Below, one piece after another: positions 28,101 to 40,534 of a DNA stretch of 64,000 bases. A model generated the notes under the pieces. The model made no database searches. It was not told the origin of the DNA and saw only the letters and a program-made list of their open reading frames with translations. Position numbers and translations under genes: made by a program. How positions within the stretch are numbered: position 1 is the stretch's first letter; each line of letters opens with the position of its first letter. The DNA is from Eledone cirrhosa (taxonomy: Eukaryota). Location: contig OZ024763.1 in the NCBI GenBank assembly GCA_964016885.1, positions 3,782,001 to 3,846,000 of the forward strand, read 5' to 3'.

Positions 28101-28527
28101 CAATCCACACATAAATAATGAGATTCTGCAGTTTCTGTCTCTGTTCATCTCTGTTGGGTGTCAGGGCTTGGGTTGTGAAATCTTTACTAGTCAATTCCTG
28201 AATGTCATTCACCCATTTCTTGTTCAGACATCCTTGCCCCTCAACTGCTCCTTAGAGGATGGTCTTGATTAATCCATCAGCTCATATCACATGACCAAAC
28301 TATAAGAAAGAGAATACAAGCTTGTTAGAAAAAGCTATAACTTTGTTTATGCAACATGTCATTGAAAAGTTTCTGTTTTTTATGATGTAATTTGTAAGTT
28401 GTGATTTATAAGATGTTTCAAAGATGTCTGTCCTACAAGATGTCATTGAAAAGTATCTGTTTTACAAGTTGTTATTTAAAGATTTGTTTTACAAGATGTT
28501 ATTTAAAGAATTGTTTTTAACAAGATA

Positions 28528-28988
28528 TTCATCATCATCATCGTTTAACGTCCATCTTCCACGCTAGCATGGGTTTGGACGGGAATTTTCCAACTTGAGG
28601 CAAGATTGGTTGTCTTGCTCGTATAGGACTGTCTGGCGGGTTTTCTACGGCTGGATGCCCTTCCTAACACCAACCATTTTACAGTGTGGACTGGGAGGTT
28701 TTTACCGTGTTACCTACACGGCCACATTACAGCGTGGACTGTGTGTTTTTTTGTTGTGACACCTACACGACCTCATTTGTTTCAGACTGGATGTTGTGGT
28801 ACCAACATAACTTTACATTAAAAGGGGTGGTGTGGATGGGGTGGGGGTAGTGGGACGGAGGTGTATTTTTGTTAGAGGTGCTTACTGACTGTAGGTTTCG
28901 CTTTGTACTTAGGCAAGTCGGGTCTTCTGTATTACTGTGTAGCGCCAAAGATCTCGGTCCAGTGACATTGTCTTGGAGAGGTGTAAGT
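28528..28988 (-). mobile_element. RTE 3' UTR and ORF end, same family as 5500-6858
   Basis: Close similarity to 5520-6080, with a (CAT)n tail. Confidence 0.85.
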
Positions 28989-30181
28989 TTCAATTTTCAT
29001 TTTTATTTATATATATATATATATGTTTCTCTGTCTTTTTTTTCTTTTCTTATATAAATAATAAAAAAATATTTACACGCACAAAACTCACATCGTACCG
29101 TCCTGTACCGTCTGTAATGTTTTTCTTGATGTCAGCCCTTGTGGCCAATAAAGAAATCATTATTATTATTATTATTTATTCTAATATATATATAGGGAGA
29201 GAGAGATAGAGAGATAGATAGATAGATAGATAGATAGATATTTATCCATATATATATAGGGTAAGGTTAAGTGTAAAGATCCCCCTTCTGTAACACATGG
29301 TCATGGGATTTGCACCTAAAAAGTTCCCCTCCGTGGCACAAGTTTGGGCAAGCTTATTTGTATACCTTTCTCCCTTCTCCACGCCACCAATTTTGTTCAA
29401 AGAAAGGGAGCAGGTTGATATAGCTTGGCACCAGTGATGTCGAACGTATTTCTACAACTGAGTGAAGTTTAGCAACGTGAAATAAATTATCGTGCTGAAA
29501 GCACGATGAAAACCCGGTCCGATAATCGAACTCACAACCTTACGATGTTATGCCTGACTCTCCGAAACTCGCGAGCCATCTTCGGATCAAGTATATTCTA
29601 TATTCTCTGTCTGTGTTTGACTCCGTTCCTGCACTAGTCACGGGATTCAACATCTACGATGGATGAGATGCATAATGTAGAGTTCTTTTCTGACTCATGA
29701 GAAGCCGTGAACATGTCTCAATAAAAAACACAGGTGTTTGTTTGCTTATTTTTATATCTATATATCCATCTCTCTCTATATATATATAGATATATAATGT
29801 GTGTGTTGTGTGTGAGAGAGAGAGAGATATGTAATTGTACTAGATACAGACACCAATCTCTCTCTTTCTCTCAGACACATGATTCTGGGGTGTGACGGAG
29901 TTGTAGTCATGGAGCATTTTAAACGTTAAAATAACAAGAGATTAACTTCTATGTTTCTCTTGTGTAACCAATATTCCCCCTCCTCCGTATGTGACCGGTC
30001 GATTTGCTAAAAAGGTGCGGCCAAATAAAGACATACATGAGTGAGTGTGTTATGTATAACTATATAAGGTATAGACACTAATAGGGACCTTGTACGAAGT
30101 CAGCCAAAATGAATGTGTGTTATGCGTAACTATAGTAGATATAGACATATCTCTCTCTCTTTCACACTTCTTCATGTGACG

Positions 30182-30420
30182 CTAAACTCCGCCAGTTGCA
30201 GACTGCGCATTAACATGTGCTATCTCTCTCGACAATGTTCGATCACCAGCAGCAGAGTTCAAAGAGCAAAGATCAAGTCCAGTCCATAAGTTGACGTTGT
30301 CAAGCCATCGTTTTGGCTGCCGGGCTCTGCTTCTCTTATCAGCCAACCTTCCTACCAAGCATAGCCTCCTCCCACCACGAGTTGATCTTTTTATATGGTC
30401 GTATAGTTTGAGTACTCTTG
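30182..30420 (-). mobile_element. RTE C-terminal fragment (different subfamily)
   Basis: LKLYDHIKR...GRLADKRSRARQPKRWLDNV..W motif. Mostly deleted in the second tandem unit at ~46205, with ACG microhomology. Confidence 0.65.
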
Positions 30421-30448
30421 ACTTACACACACACATATATATATATAC

Positions 30449-30608
30449 ATAGGAGAAAGTATGACACCGACGGCAGAGCTCAAGCCGTTTCGACGGCTAT
30501 TTCTGCCGTCGGGTTCATACTTTCTCCTATTACCCACTCTATTACCCTAAGTATTGAGTACTCTGGTGCGATATGGTCCATCTGGTTCCTTACCACAACT
30601 CCTTCGTT
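30449..30608 (+). mobile_element. Hairpin-plus-tail (Penelope-like) element; hairpin collapsed in the unit-2 copy at 46280-46390
   Basis: ATAGGAGAAAGTATGA...TCATACTTTCTCCTAT followed by the family tail. Confidence 0.55.
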
Positions 30609-31259
30609 ATATATACATATATATGAATGACGCATGGCAAATTTAATTTACGATACATTAGTGCAGTACTGCCAATCCCGTTGTTGTGGCATCGAATAAA
30701 CACTAAACTGTTAAGAAGGAAGTTTGAAAATGTGTCTTAATATATTAAAAAGCACATTCGTGTGTGTGTCTGTGTGTAACTATACTAGATATAAACACTA
30801 ATTTCCCTCTTTAAACTATCTCACATACACACGTTTTCACGCATTCTTATGTATATAGGTATTGTAGTTATGAAGTAACTACATACTGTATGATCAAATA
30901 TATTCGAAGTCCTGTCAATCACGTTGTGGTTTCCACTAAACATTAAACTCTTAACAAAAAAGTCTGAAAATGTCTTAATATAATCAAAGGCATACTTGTG
31001 TGTGTGTGTCTGTGTTATGCATAACTATACTAGATATAAACACGGATCTCCCTTTCTCACACAAACACACCCTTTGTATAGGAATGACGCAATGACAGGA
31101 GTTGTATTTATGAAGCATCTGTAACTACATATTGTATGTTCAAATATTCGAAGTTGAAATCAACGTTAGTTCGATGAGATATGAACTTATGGAGGTAACA
31201 TGGAACCCATATGTAACCGGTCGACTTGCTCACAAGGACGACCAAATAAAACACATAAA

Positions 31260-31810
31260 TGTGTGTGTGTGTTATGTATTTATATACTAGATATCCACGT
31301 CAACAGGAAGACTGTAGATGGCCAATTGAAAGTTCGAATCAACTATAAACCAATGAGGAGTTTTGAAAAACTTTAAATAAAACTCATAAATGTGTGTGTG
31401 TCTGTGTGTTATATATAACTATACTAGATATAGACGTCAACAGGAAGACTGTAGATGGCCAATTGAAAGTTCGAATCAACTATAAACCAATGAGGAGTTT
31501 TGAAAAACTTTAAATAAAACACATAAATGTGTGTGTGTCTGTGTGTTATATATAACTATACTAGATATAGACGTCAACAGGAAGACTGTACATGGCCAGT
31601 TGTAAATTCGAATCAACTATAAACCAATGAGGAGTTTTGAAAAACTTTAAATAAAACACATAGATGTGTGTGTGTCTGTGTGTTATATATAACTATACTA
31701 GATATAGGCGTCAACAGGAAGACTGTAGATGGGTAATTGTAAGTTCGAATCAACTATAAACCGATGAAGAGTTTTGAAAAACTTTAAATAAAACACATAA
31801 ATGTGTGTGA
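31260..31810. repeat. 137-bp tandem repeat (4 units; 2 units at 46680-46950 and 62070-62340)
   Basis: CAACAGGAAGACTGTA at 31301, 31438, 31575 and 31712. Confidence 0.9.
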
Positions 31811-32244
31811 GTCTGTGTGTTATGTATATAAGATATGGGAACCCCCCTACGTTGTCGATCGACTTGCTCGAAATAGTAGCCAAAGACTGCTATTTCTAGC
31901 AGGTTTACTGCTGTCCTGTAGACGCACAAGAAAAACCGGAAGTGGACGCCATTAAAAAACTTTGGCTTAAAATCAGGCAAAAGTTTTTAAACAATAGAAA
32001 ATTTAATGTAAACAAACCAGGGCGTTTTTGCCAAGAAAGATAACTCTTGTCTTACTTAATGGCAAAAATCGAGACAATAATTTTGTGTGTGTGTCTGTGT
32101 GTTATGTATACAAGATATAGACGCCATTTTGAAGCCCGTACGTGGTCGGTCGACTTACTCGAAATAGTAGTCAAAGAGAGGAGATTTTTTTTCACCCGAT
32201 ACAAAAAGTAGGTTTATAAATATTAATTTTCACTATATTTTTAA

Positions 32245-32351
32245 GGCGGTCTCGTTGGCCGAGTGGTCCGGTGCGTTGAGTCTGCTGAGATACTGGTCGG
32301 GGGTTCGATTCCGGCCAACGTCTACACATAGGGGGTCTTATTAAACTTTTT
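32245..32351 (+). ncRNA. Putative Pol III tRNA-derived small RNA unit (~105 nt)
   Basis: TATAAATA at 32215 (about -30), A-box TGGCCGAGTGG at 32256-32266, B-box GGTTCGATTCC at 32302-32312, T5 terminators at 32347 and 32355. No canonical cloverleaf. Confidence 0.55.
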
Positions 32352-32384
32352 CAGTTTTTATACTAAGAGATAAAATAAAAACTG

Positions 32385-32491
32385 AAAAAGTTTAATAAGA
32401 CCCCTTATGTGTAGACGTTGGCCGGGATCGAACCCCCAACCAGTATCTCAGCAGACTCAACGCACCGTACCACTCGGCCAACGAGACCGCC
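32385..32491 (-). ncRNA. Mirror-image Pol III tRNA-derived unit, convergent with 32245-32351
   Basis: Same TATA/A/B/T5 elements on the minus strand. Confidence 0.55.
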
Positions 32492-32881
32492 TTAAAAATA
32501 TAGTGAAAATTAATATTTATAAACCTACTTTTTGTATCAGGTGAAAAAAAATCTCCTCTCTTTGACTACTATTTCGAGTAAGTCGGCCGACCACGTAGGG
32601 GCTTCAAAATGGCGTCTATATCTTGTATACATAACACACAGACACACACACAAAATTTTTGTCTCGATTTTTGCCATTAAGTAAGACAAGAGTTATCTTT
32701 CTTGGCAAAAACACCCTGGTTTGTTTACATTAAATTTTCTATTGTTTAAAAACTTTTGCCTGATTTTAAGCCAAAGTTTTTTAATGGCTGCTTCTTCCGG
32801 TTTTTCTTGTGCGTCTACAGGACAGCTGTAAACCTGCTAGAAATAGCAGTCATAGCAACTCACTCACATATATTTATTTAT

Positions 32882-33215
32882 GAGGGATTCTCAACCGGGG
32901 GTGCACACCCCACGGGGAACAATTTGAATATAATAGGGGTCAATTTGAAAGTGATATTATACGACCTAACCTCCTGTTACACTTCGTCTACACATGCTAT
33001 CGTGTATCTGGCAGCATCTACGAGAAGTTTGTTTACACTTTGCGGTTTGCTTTGATCATCGCTGAATCGCAGCTTTGTTTAAATAAAGGGTTTCTACTTT
33101 ATATTACAGTAATAACACTTTTACAAGACTCGGATTGTTTTTATATTAAAGGGGGACATAAACATATTTTAAATGTTGAGGTGGGGCATGGTGCAGAGAA
33201 GGTTTTGAACCACTG
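32882..33215. mobile_element. Degenerate hAT(Charlie)-like MITE (also at ~48011 and ~63411)
   Basis: Ends AGGGATTCTCAACC ... GGTTTTGAACCACTG. Confidence 0.5.
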
Positions 33216-34956
33216 ATATATATATATTCTTTCTGTTGTTTTTTAAACTCTGAACTCAGCATTTTTCTATTGTTCTCCGGGATTCTAGCATGTATGTATT
33301 TTATATATATATATATATATATGGCAGTCAACCTCACTTGGCACAGACTCGAAAAAGCCGCCGCTAATCGTAGTCGTTGGGGTTATAATTAGACTAAAGT
33401 GCTTCCACTGGACACCATTAGCTGGTTGTGATCATTGGAGAATTCTTTCTGCACTGAAAGAGCCTAGAACTAAAAGATATATATATAGATGTCGAAACGG
33501 CACTAGCACAGCCGTTGGGGTCCTGAATATTTTCACATATATATATGTGTGTGTATTCTGCGACATTTATAATTACATAAGTAAATATATTTGTATAAAA
33601 AAATTTGAGGTTTAAATACTTTATTTTTTATATCACCTACCGGTTGGCGATTTAAACTGTTGGCTGGGACAATGACCAACTAGTCAGTAAGATTCGAACT
33701 CACTATGTCTGGCGATATATAGTCATAATTTGTTTCAAACTTCGATCGCGGTTTCAAAACAAGCTTGCTTTCATATATGTGTGCATGTATGTTCAGCGGC
33801 ATTTATATTTACAATCATATAAATAAGTATCTATTTATTTAAATTTAAATACTTTATATTTGAATGAAGTTCTGTAAGTAACCTGGTGGCTTAGTTGGCA
33901 AGACTGCTCAAATATGTGGCTTCTATTATGAAGTTATAAGTTCATTCCCTACCCAGGATTGTAGAATTAATTTTATTTAGTTATTATTTAATCAATTATT
34001 TTAACAAACAAATTATATCTATAAAACGCCAAATATAGTGAGTTCAAACCTGACTGATATGCATGGTATATGTATATGTTTCATTATACAGCGACACAAT
34101 ACACAGGAACTTATAAAGATATATATATATATATATATATATATTGTCCAGGAGCTTCGAATTTAGTGGGAATTGGTACAACTCTCAATTGGAGCTAGTC
34201 CCTGCAAGATAACACCCGATATTTTATACATGATTATTTAAAGGTGAACAAAAACCAAAGAACATTGAGCAGTGTTTCTCAACCTTTTTACCCATGTCGA
34301 TCCCTTGAAATAGTTTATGTCTAATGGGAAGCCCTGCATAAAATATACTTTTTCTATCTCTAGAGCAGTGGTTCCCAAATCATGTGCTGCGAGATGAAAC
34401 AAGATGAGCTGCAAAAGACTAAGATTCAGTTTTAAGATGTGAAAAATATAAAACTGAAATTTCATATAAAAGTTCAAATATAGCTACAGCCACAAACCTA
34501 GGCTCCACACCCCGCAATGCAGAGGCGAGTAAGATAGTACCGAGGCCTGACTCACCTCTTCCACTCCATTGAGACCTCTGCCATACTTGGTCTCCATACT
34601 GCTGATTTCCTCCATAAAGTCGGGAGGAAAGATGGCAGGAGCCTCGTGAGGAGGGGCGACTATTGTAGCAGGTGTCTCTGGCCTTGCTCCGAGGTAACGC
34701 TTTTACGTTTCTTCCACGGGTTGCAGCTGAGGGACCACTTAGACTGGGGGTGAAGTGTCTGTTCCTCCCCCGACTTGTTACTTCTTTTTTTTTCTCCTTT
34801 TCATTTTCTTTTCTCTTCTTGCTTATCTCTGCTATACCATGGCATCAAAAACATATATGGTATATGTATGTATGGTATAGGTGTATTTATATTTAGGATA
34901 GTTATCGAAGGTAAATAGACTGGTTGGAGCAATAACAGTCTTGTTTATGTATATAC

Positions 34957-35290
34957 ATCATCATCATCATCATTTCATTTTACGTCAGCTTTTTCCCTGC
35001 TTGCAAGTGTGTGACGGGAACTGATTCTGGCTTGATTTCTACAGCTTGATGCCCTTCCTAACACCAACCTCATTTATAGTGAGTACTGGGTGCTTTTTTT
35101 CCGTGGCACCTCCACGCCCACTTTTGCAGTGGAATGATATGGACCCCAGTCCCTATCATCTCATTTCTACAGCTGAGTAAACTGGAGCAATGTGCAATAA
35201 AGTGTCTTGCTCAAGGAAACAACACATCTACCCGGTCTGAGAATTAAACTCACAACCTTTTGATTGCAAGACCAATGCTCTAACCACTGG
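34957..35290 (-). mobile_element. SINE family A, inserted only in unit 1
   Basis: The equivalent unit-2 site (~50445) is an empty (TA)n. Confidence 0.85.
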
Positions 35291-35408
35291 TCTCATATAT
35301 ATATGTTTGTGCTTGTATTTCCATAGAAAAGGTAAAGAAAAGAAGAGTGCTCTATGTATTGTACAGAGCTATTTAATTACATAATAAACAACAGAATATA
35401 ATTAATCC

Positions 35409-37790
35409 ATGCAAATAGACTTAGAATGGAAAACATTCAGACAGAGAAGAATGGATAATGAGCGTCGTAGGAGAAATTGCCCAGCAATTAATATTAATGG
35501 AAATGTAGAAGAATTTCATATTAGTGATATGAATGTTTCGTGTGATCACTGTGGAGCTTTGAGATTTAGAAATGAAAATTGTAACTGTTGTAATAAAGGA
35601 AAGGTTGTGTTGTCTCCATTGCAAATATACCCTGAGAGACTGAGAAATCTCTTTGAAAGAGGCCAGGAAGCAGTTGATTTCACAGAAACATCTGCAATTA
35701 AAACTACATTTCTTTCACTTCATTTGGTGTTAAACTTGCCTTACCACCTGGCAGAGGCCCGTATAGCTTTCATATTCAGGGTCAAACATATCACTACACC
35801 CCACCTCTGTAACCTGCAGAAAATACACTACAATATGGCCAGTTATATATTATTGATGGGAATGAAGCTGTGTAGCACAGATTGGAAGTAGCACCAAATA
35901 ATTGTTTCTGGCACAAGGCCAGCAATTACCCCAGTATATTACTGGTACTTTATTCTATCGACCTCATAAGGATGAAAACTAAGTCAACCCAGAACGTAAA
36001 GGGTCATAACCCTATGCTGCAAAGCATGGTGTCTGACGCTCTAGCGATACTGCCAATCCACCACCCTAGTACTGACAAATAATGACTGCTCACCACAAAA
36101 AATGACTATGATAAGAGAGGTGTTGCATGAATGTAATCCATATGTCGAAGTGTACAATACAATGCATGGCATCAAACAGCAAAGAGCAAGAAGAGAAAAT
36201 TGTTGTGTACAGAACTGTGAATTTAGATTTAGAAGAGGATCAGATATGAGCTGCTATAATTTACCAACTAGTAATGATAGCTGTTGTTTTGTGGGGGATT
36301 GAGGGCACACCACCTATACAAAGAGATATTATCATCTTTCCTAAAGACTATCCTCCTCAGAAAATACCACATAATTCATGCCACTTGGACCTCATGACCG
36401 ACCCATAATGGTGAATTTTGGTGGCATAGTGACATGGAGAGGAATGCAGGACCTGTGTTTGCAATAGACTGACAATGCAGGAGTATTACATATACTGTAT
36501 AGCATATAGAGGAGGATTTAGTGCGATATATAGGGCAGGCAAATTATTTTAGCAGTATTTAGTGGATGCCTATATGAAAGTAGAGGAATGCAGGCTTCAA
36601 TATTTGAGGAACAATCAAGCCCAATTGTGAGTGGATGAGTATAATGGTTTAATGAATTATCTAAACAGATGATAACACTGAGCCTTAAGAAATGAAGACA
36701 AGATAAGAAACAGAGAAGACATTGACAGAATTGTGTCAGCAGAAATACCTGCATTGGAAGATGATCCAGTACTACATGAGCAGGTTTAAAAGTTTATGAT
36801 CCATGGGCCATGTGGTTCTGGAAACCCTTTTTCCCCATTTATACAAAATGGATTTTTCCAAAAGAACTATCCAAAAACCTACAGAAGGAAAACATTATTG
36901 AATCTAAATGGATACCCAGAGTACATGAGGTGCAAGACAGGAACTGCAGTGTAAATTGGATGACATTCAGTAGATAACAGGAATGTTGTGCCATTTAATG
37001 CCATTTTGCTTAAGAAATATTGTGCACATATTAATGTTGAAGTTTGCCTTTCTGTAAAAAGTGTCAAGTACCTCTTTAAATATGTTACATAGGACATGAT
37101 TGTGCATCTATAGAAGTAACGAATAATGCATTACCTAATGAGGCTCAGAACCAACACAACCATGATGAAATAAGAACCTATCTTTGTTGCAGGTATGTGT
37201 TTCAGCCAGAAGCAGTGTCGTGTCTCTCGGAATTTAAGCTTCATGGTACATCACATACAGTATACAGACTAGCCACACACCTGGAGAACAAATAGAGTTT
37301 ACTTTCAAAGAGGCAATGTTCAGGTTGCGGTAGAAATGCAGGGACACCGAGACACTACCCTTGCTGCCTGGTTCAAGCTAAATGAACTTCTGAACTTGCT
37401 TACACCTTCTGGGATGCCGCCTCACAAACTCCAATTAAAAGCAGGATCAATAATAATGCTTCTATGGAATATTTCAATCCAGAACAGATTATGTAATGGC
37501 ACAAGATTAGAAGTAGTGGAACTGCATCAACATTTTATCGAAGCTTCTCATATCTATGGTCCTTTGATAGGCAGGTGTGTTTTGATCCCAAGACTGAAGT
37601 TAGCCCCCAGTGGTGCCAACATCCCTTTTACTTTGGAAAGACCCCAGTTGCCATTAAGACTGTCATATGCCATGACAATCAACAAGAACCATGGTCAAAT
37701 ATATGATAAAGTGGGTCTGTTCCTCCCTGAGCAAGTATTTAACCCTGGACAATTGTATATGTTGCTTTTTCAAGAGTTCACAGACAAATG
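35409..37790 (+). pseudogene. Decayed, internally deleted Helitron RepHel (Rep plus Pif1-like helicase)
   Basis: Motifs in order: C..CGALRF..E...CC.KGKV.L; GRGPY.F.I.GQ.YH; NPY; YNLPT; LF*QYLVDAY.KVE..RL; IDRIVSAEIP; MIHGPCG; VDNRNVVP; HINVE.C.SVKSVKYLFKYV; TTL.AWF.LN; then PSGMPPHKL.LK.G..IMLL.N...LCNGTRL..AMTINK..GQ...GQLY. Many stops and frameshifts, and a SINE B insertion at ~35900-36065. Confidence 0.93.
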
Positions 37791-38322
37791 TAAAAATTAA
37801 TCCTACCAACCCCACCACTCCTACAACTGTTAGCCCACCCCCAGCACCACCCAACCTCCGTTCTAGTCCTACCGTTAGAACCAATGCTGCTTACCCTGCC
37901 TCTTTTACTAGTTCACTCCCTCGCTCGAATTTCAAAGTTGGCCCTCTACAGTTGGTCGTTGCCAGCTCACCACCTGATTGTGCTCTCTGTGTCCGCACTA
38001 GCCGGTACCTAAACAATAAAATGTCACCTGTGCTACCAAAACTACCACAGGAACTGTTTCGGCATCAGCAAGGCTCAAACCGAAAGGCTTCAATACTAGA
38101 CCTGTAATCAGGGCCGCTTTAGCTCCGACGACCAGCTATCTACCGAGTGTGTCTCGATGGAGGGGACACGAGACCAGCAAAGTCCAAGGAGTAGAGACTA
38201 CTAAATGAGATACGGTCCTAGCTATGTTAAGAATATATATAAGAAACATGTTCTATACATTTAAGAAGACAAGAGAAATAAATATTTATATCATATGCTT
38301 CACAAATGACTGGCTCACTGAT

Positions 38323-38575
38323 TTAACCCATTAGCATTTAAACCGGCTGTATCCGGCCAGAATTATCTGGCTGTATCCGGCTAGAATTATCTCACCTCTT
38401 CCTGTTCAAACTGGCTGTAATGAGCCACTCAAACTTATGTTAAGGTATTGTTCTTAAAATAAATAATATCAAAATCTCATAGATTCGATATTATGTAAGA
38501 TAACTATGTGAAGTAAAGTCTTTACCGTGAAGATATAATAGTAAATATAGATTACTGTAAATGCTAAAGGGTTAA
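38323..38575. mobile_element. piggyBac-like MITE with TTAA target-site duplication
   Basis: TTAA-CCCATTAGCATTTA ... TAAATGCTAAAGGG-TTAA. Confidence 0.8.
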
Positions 38576-38819
38576 TCAGTTGAATTCAGCTTGACTCTAG
38601 AATCGATTTGCTCATTAAATGCAATGGAGATTAGAATTAGAATATGTGTATGTCCATTGTTGTTATACAGTTATACAAGATTTTTGTGATCCACAAAATC
38701 TACAAAATCAAGGCAGATCCAAAAAGATTTACAAAAATCCCACAAAAATTCCACAAAAATCCTACAAAAATCTCGCCAAATCCTACAATTCCACAAATCT
38801 GAGAAATCTGTCAACTTAC

Positions 38820-38888
38820 TTGAAATCCCCATTATCACCTTCTGGTTTTATGTCAGTTTCCTCACCTTTGAAAGCCTTGACTTTATAT
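38820..38888 (-). CDS. SLC7 cationic amino-acid transporter fragment, exon C (unit 1)
   Basis: Pyrimidine tract with ttttag acceptor and GTAAGT donor, 69 bp. Continues exon B in frame: (R)YKVKAFKGEETDIKPEGDNGDF, completing the CAT LRY motif. Confidence 0.65.
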
Positions 38889-39027
38889 CTAAAACTCCAG
38901 AAAACAAAACAAGAGACACAAAGAAACAAGAAAATATAATGAACAAGAGAAAACAAGATCTTCACCTCCTCTAATGATTTAGTCAGAAAATATCTATAAA
39001 GAGGTTTGTTAATTCGAATGTTTACAG

Positions 39028-39364
39028 CAGAGGTTCTCAAAATGGGCATTAAGTGGGGACATTGAGAAGGTCTGAGTGGACGCTGGGGCCTCCAGTGGCG
39101 GTAGATATGATATAATAGTATATTAAATATCAAATGATACATATTATATATAAATATAGTAAAATATAAAATATATAATATCTATTTATACATAGTATAT
39201 ATTATATTATATTATTATATATAAATTAACGATTTCATTTATTATATATTATTTACAATTTGTGTGTAGGTAAGTCTCTCTGTAAATATGGTTGGGGTCG
39301 TGCTGAGTGTATTACATGACCATGAGGGGGCGGGGTAGTGGCCCAAACAGTTTGACAACCTCTG
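39028..39364. mobile_element. hAT(Charlie)-like MITE in the SLC7 intron (unit-2 copy 54284-54618)
   Basis: TIR CAGAGGTTCTCAAA / TTTGACAACCTCTG; 8-bp TSD GTTTACAG / GTTTACAC. Confidence 0.85.
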
Positions 39365-40118
39365 GTTTACACTATCTTTACTAGTGGATAGATCATTGTG
39401 AATATTTGCAGTGATAGAATAAAGACTTTAATATTTAATGTCATGCTATCATAATACTGTTTTCTACTTTTCAAGAATGTCTTGCTAATGGGGTTTATGT
39501 GGTTTGTTAATTCAAATGTTTATAGCATCTTTACTAGGGTACAGATCATTGCGAAAATGTGTTGTATAAAAGTAAAAACTTCAATATTTATTAATGTGAT
39601 ACAGTAATAATGTTATTTTATATGTTTAAGCAATATTTTGCTAATGTGGTTTGATGTGGGACAGGACGTTAAGAGCCAATCTATCTCTATATTACTAAAT
39701 GTCTGCGATTGCTTGCTGTGATTGCAGTAGGTGATAAGAAAGCGGAAGTAACAGTAGTAACAGTGGCAAAAAGAAAGGGAGGCGACAGTGGAAAATACAA
39801 AAATAGATAGAGTGAAGGAGAGAAAAAGAGACAAAATAAGTAGATAGATAAAAATGTAAAGTATTGTAGGAAGCTGATGATTCAGATGATGCTAAAGTTC
39901 CATTTTCTTGTTAGTTTACTCTCTCGGAGAATAAATGATGTACGAATGTGACAAGTAGAGAGATGCTGTGCTTAAAAGTACCCATCTAACCCATGCAAGC
40001 GTGGAAAAACAGACACAAAAATGATGAGGACGATGATGATATATGTATATGTATGTATATATATATGAGACCATACATACATACATATATACCTATATAC
40101 ATATATAGATATACTCAC

Positions 40119-40218
40119 CGTAAGATGACACACTTGGCCACAAATGTGTAGGCTAGAAGGGTTCCTATAGACATCATATTCACCAGTTCAGTGAGATCAA
40201 ACATGAGAGCTGTCAAAC
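40119..40218 (-). CDS. SLC7 cationic amino-acid transporter fragment, exon B (unit 1)
   Basis: AG/GTGAGT boundaries. GLTALMFDLTELVNMMSIGTLLAYTFVAKCVILR matches the CAT motif FDL..LVD.MSIGTLLAY.LV..CV..LR. Confidence 0.85.
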
Positions 40219-40269
40219 CTACATTGATGGTGTTTTGGGTGAGGTAGAACAAAGAGAGAAAGTTTGATA

Positions 40270-40510
40270 TTAAGTTGGGTCACAAGGTTACAGAGAAGGG
40301 GGCTGTATTAAAGTTGAGGTCACAAGGTTACAGAGAAGGGGGTGGTGGTGGCTGTATTAACGTTGGGATCACAAGGTTACAGAGAAGGAGAGACTGTATT
40401 AAAGTTGGGATCACAAGGTTACAGAGAAGTGGGGGGGGGGCTGTATTAAAGTTGGGGTCACAATGTTACAGAGAAGGGCGGGGGACTGTATTAAGGTTAG
40501 GATCAGAGTG
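40270..40510. repeat. ~42-bp G-rich intronic minisatellite (expanded at 55530-55980 in unit 2)
   Basis: Unit AAGTTGGGATCACAAGGTTACAGAGAAG(G)nCTGTATT. Confidence 0.85.
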
Positions 40511-40534
40511 TATGGGGTGATATATATATATATG

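Larger units (their letters stand above)
31885..32851. repeat. Near-perfect palindrome, copy 1 (477-bp arms, 13-nt loop) carrying two convergent tRNA-derived cassettes
   Basis: Arms 31885-32361 and 32375-32851; loop ACTAAGAGATAAA. Confidence 0.97.

Noticed and set aside
30040-31880. CRISPR-like repeat-spacer array
   Set aside because: The context is eukaryotic, the repeats are degenerate, spacers are irregular or identical, and no cas genes are present.
32245-32330. Functional tRNA genes in the palindromes
   Set aside because: A and B boxes are present, but the acceptor, anticodon and T stems do not pair as a cloverleaf by eye, so they are treated as tRNA-derived.
31750-33055. ORFs MPDFKPKFF... 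and MSYLMAKIE... recurring on both strands
   Set aside because: Their recurrence is simply due to the palindrome and the duplication; starts are non-ATG and no domain is recognisable.
35409-37800. Cellular Pif1 helicase gene
   Set aside because: It is linked to Helitron Rep motifs, intronless and riddled with stops, so it is a transposon relic.
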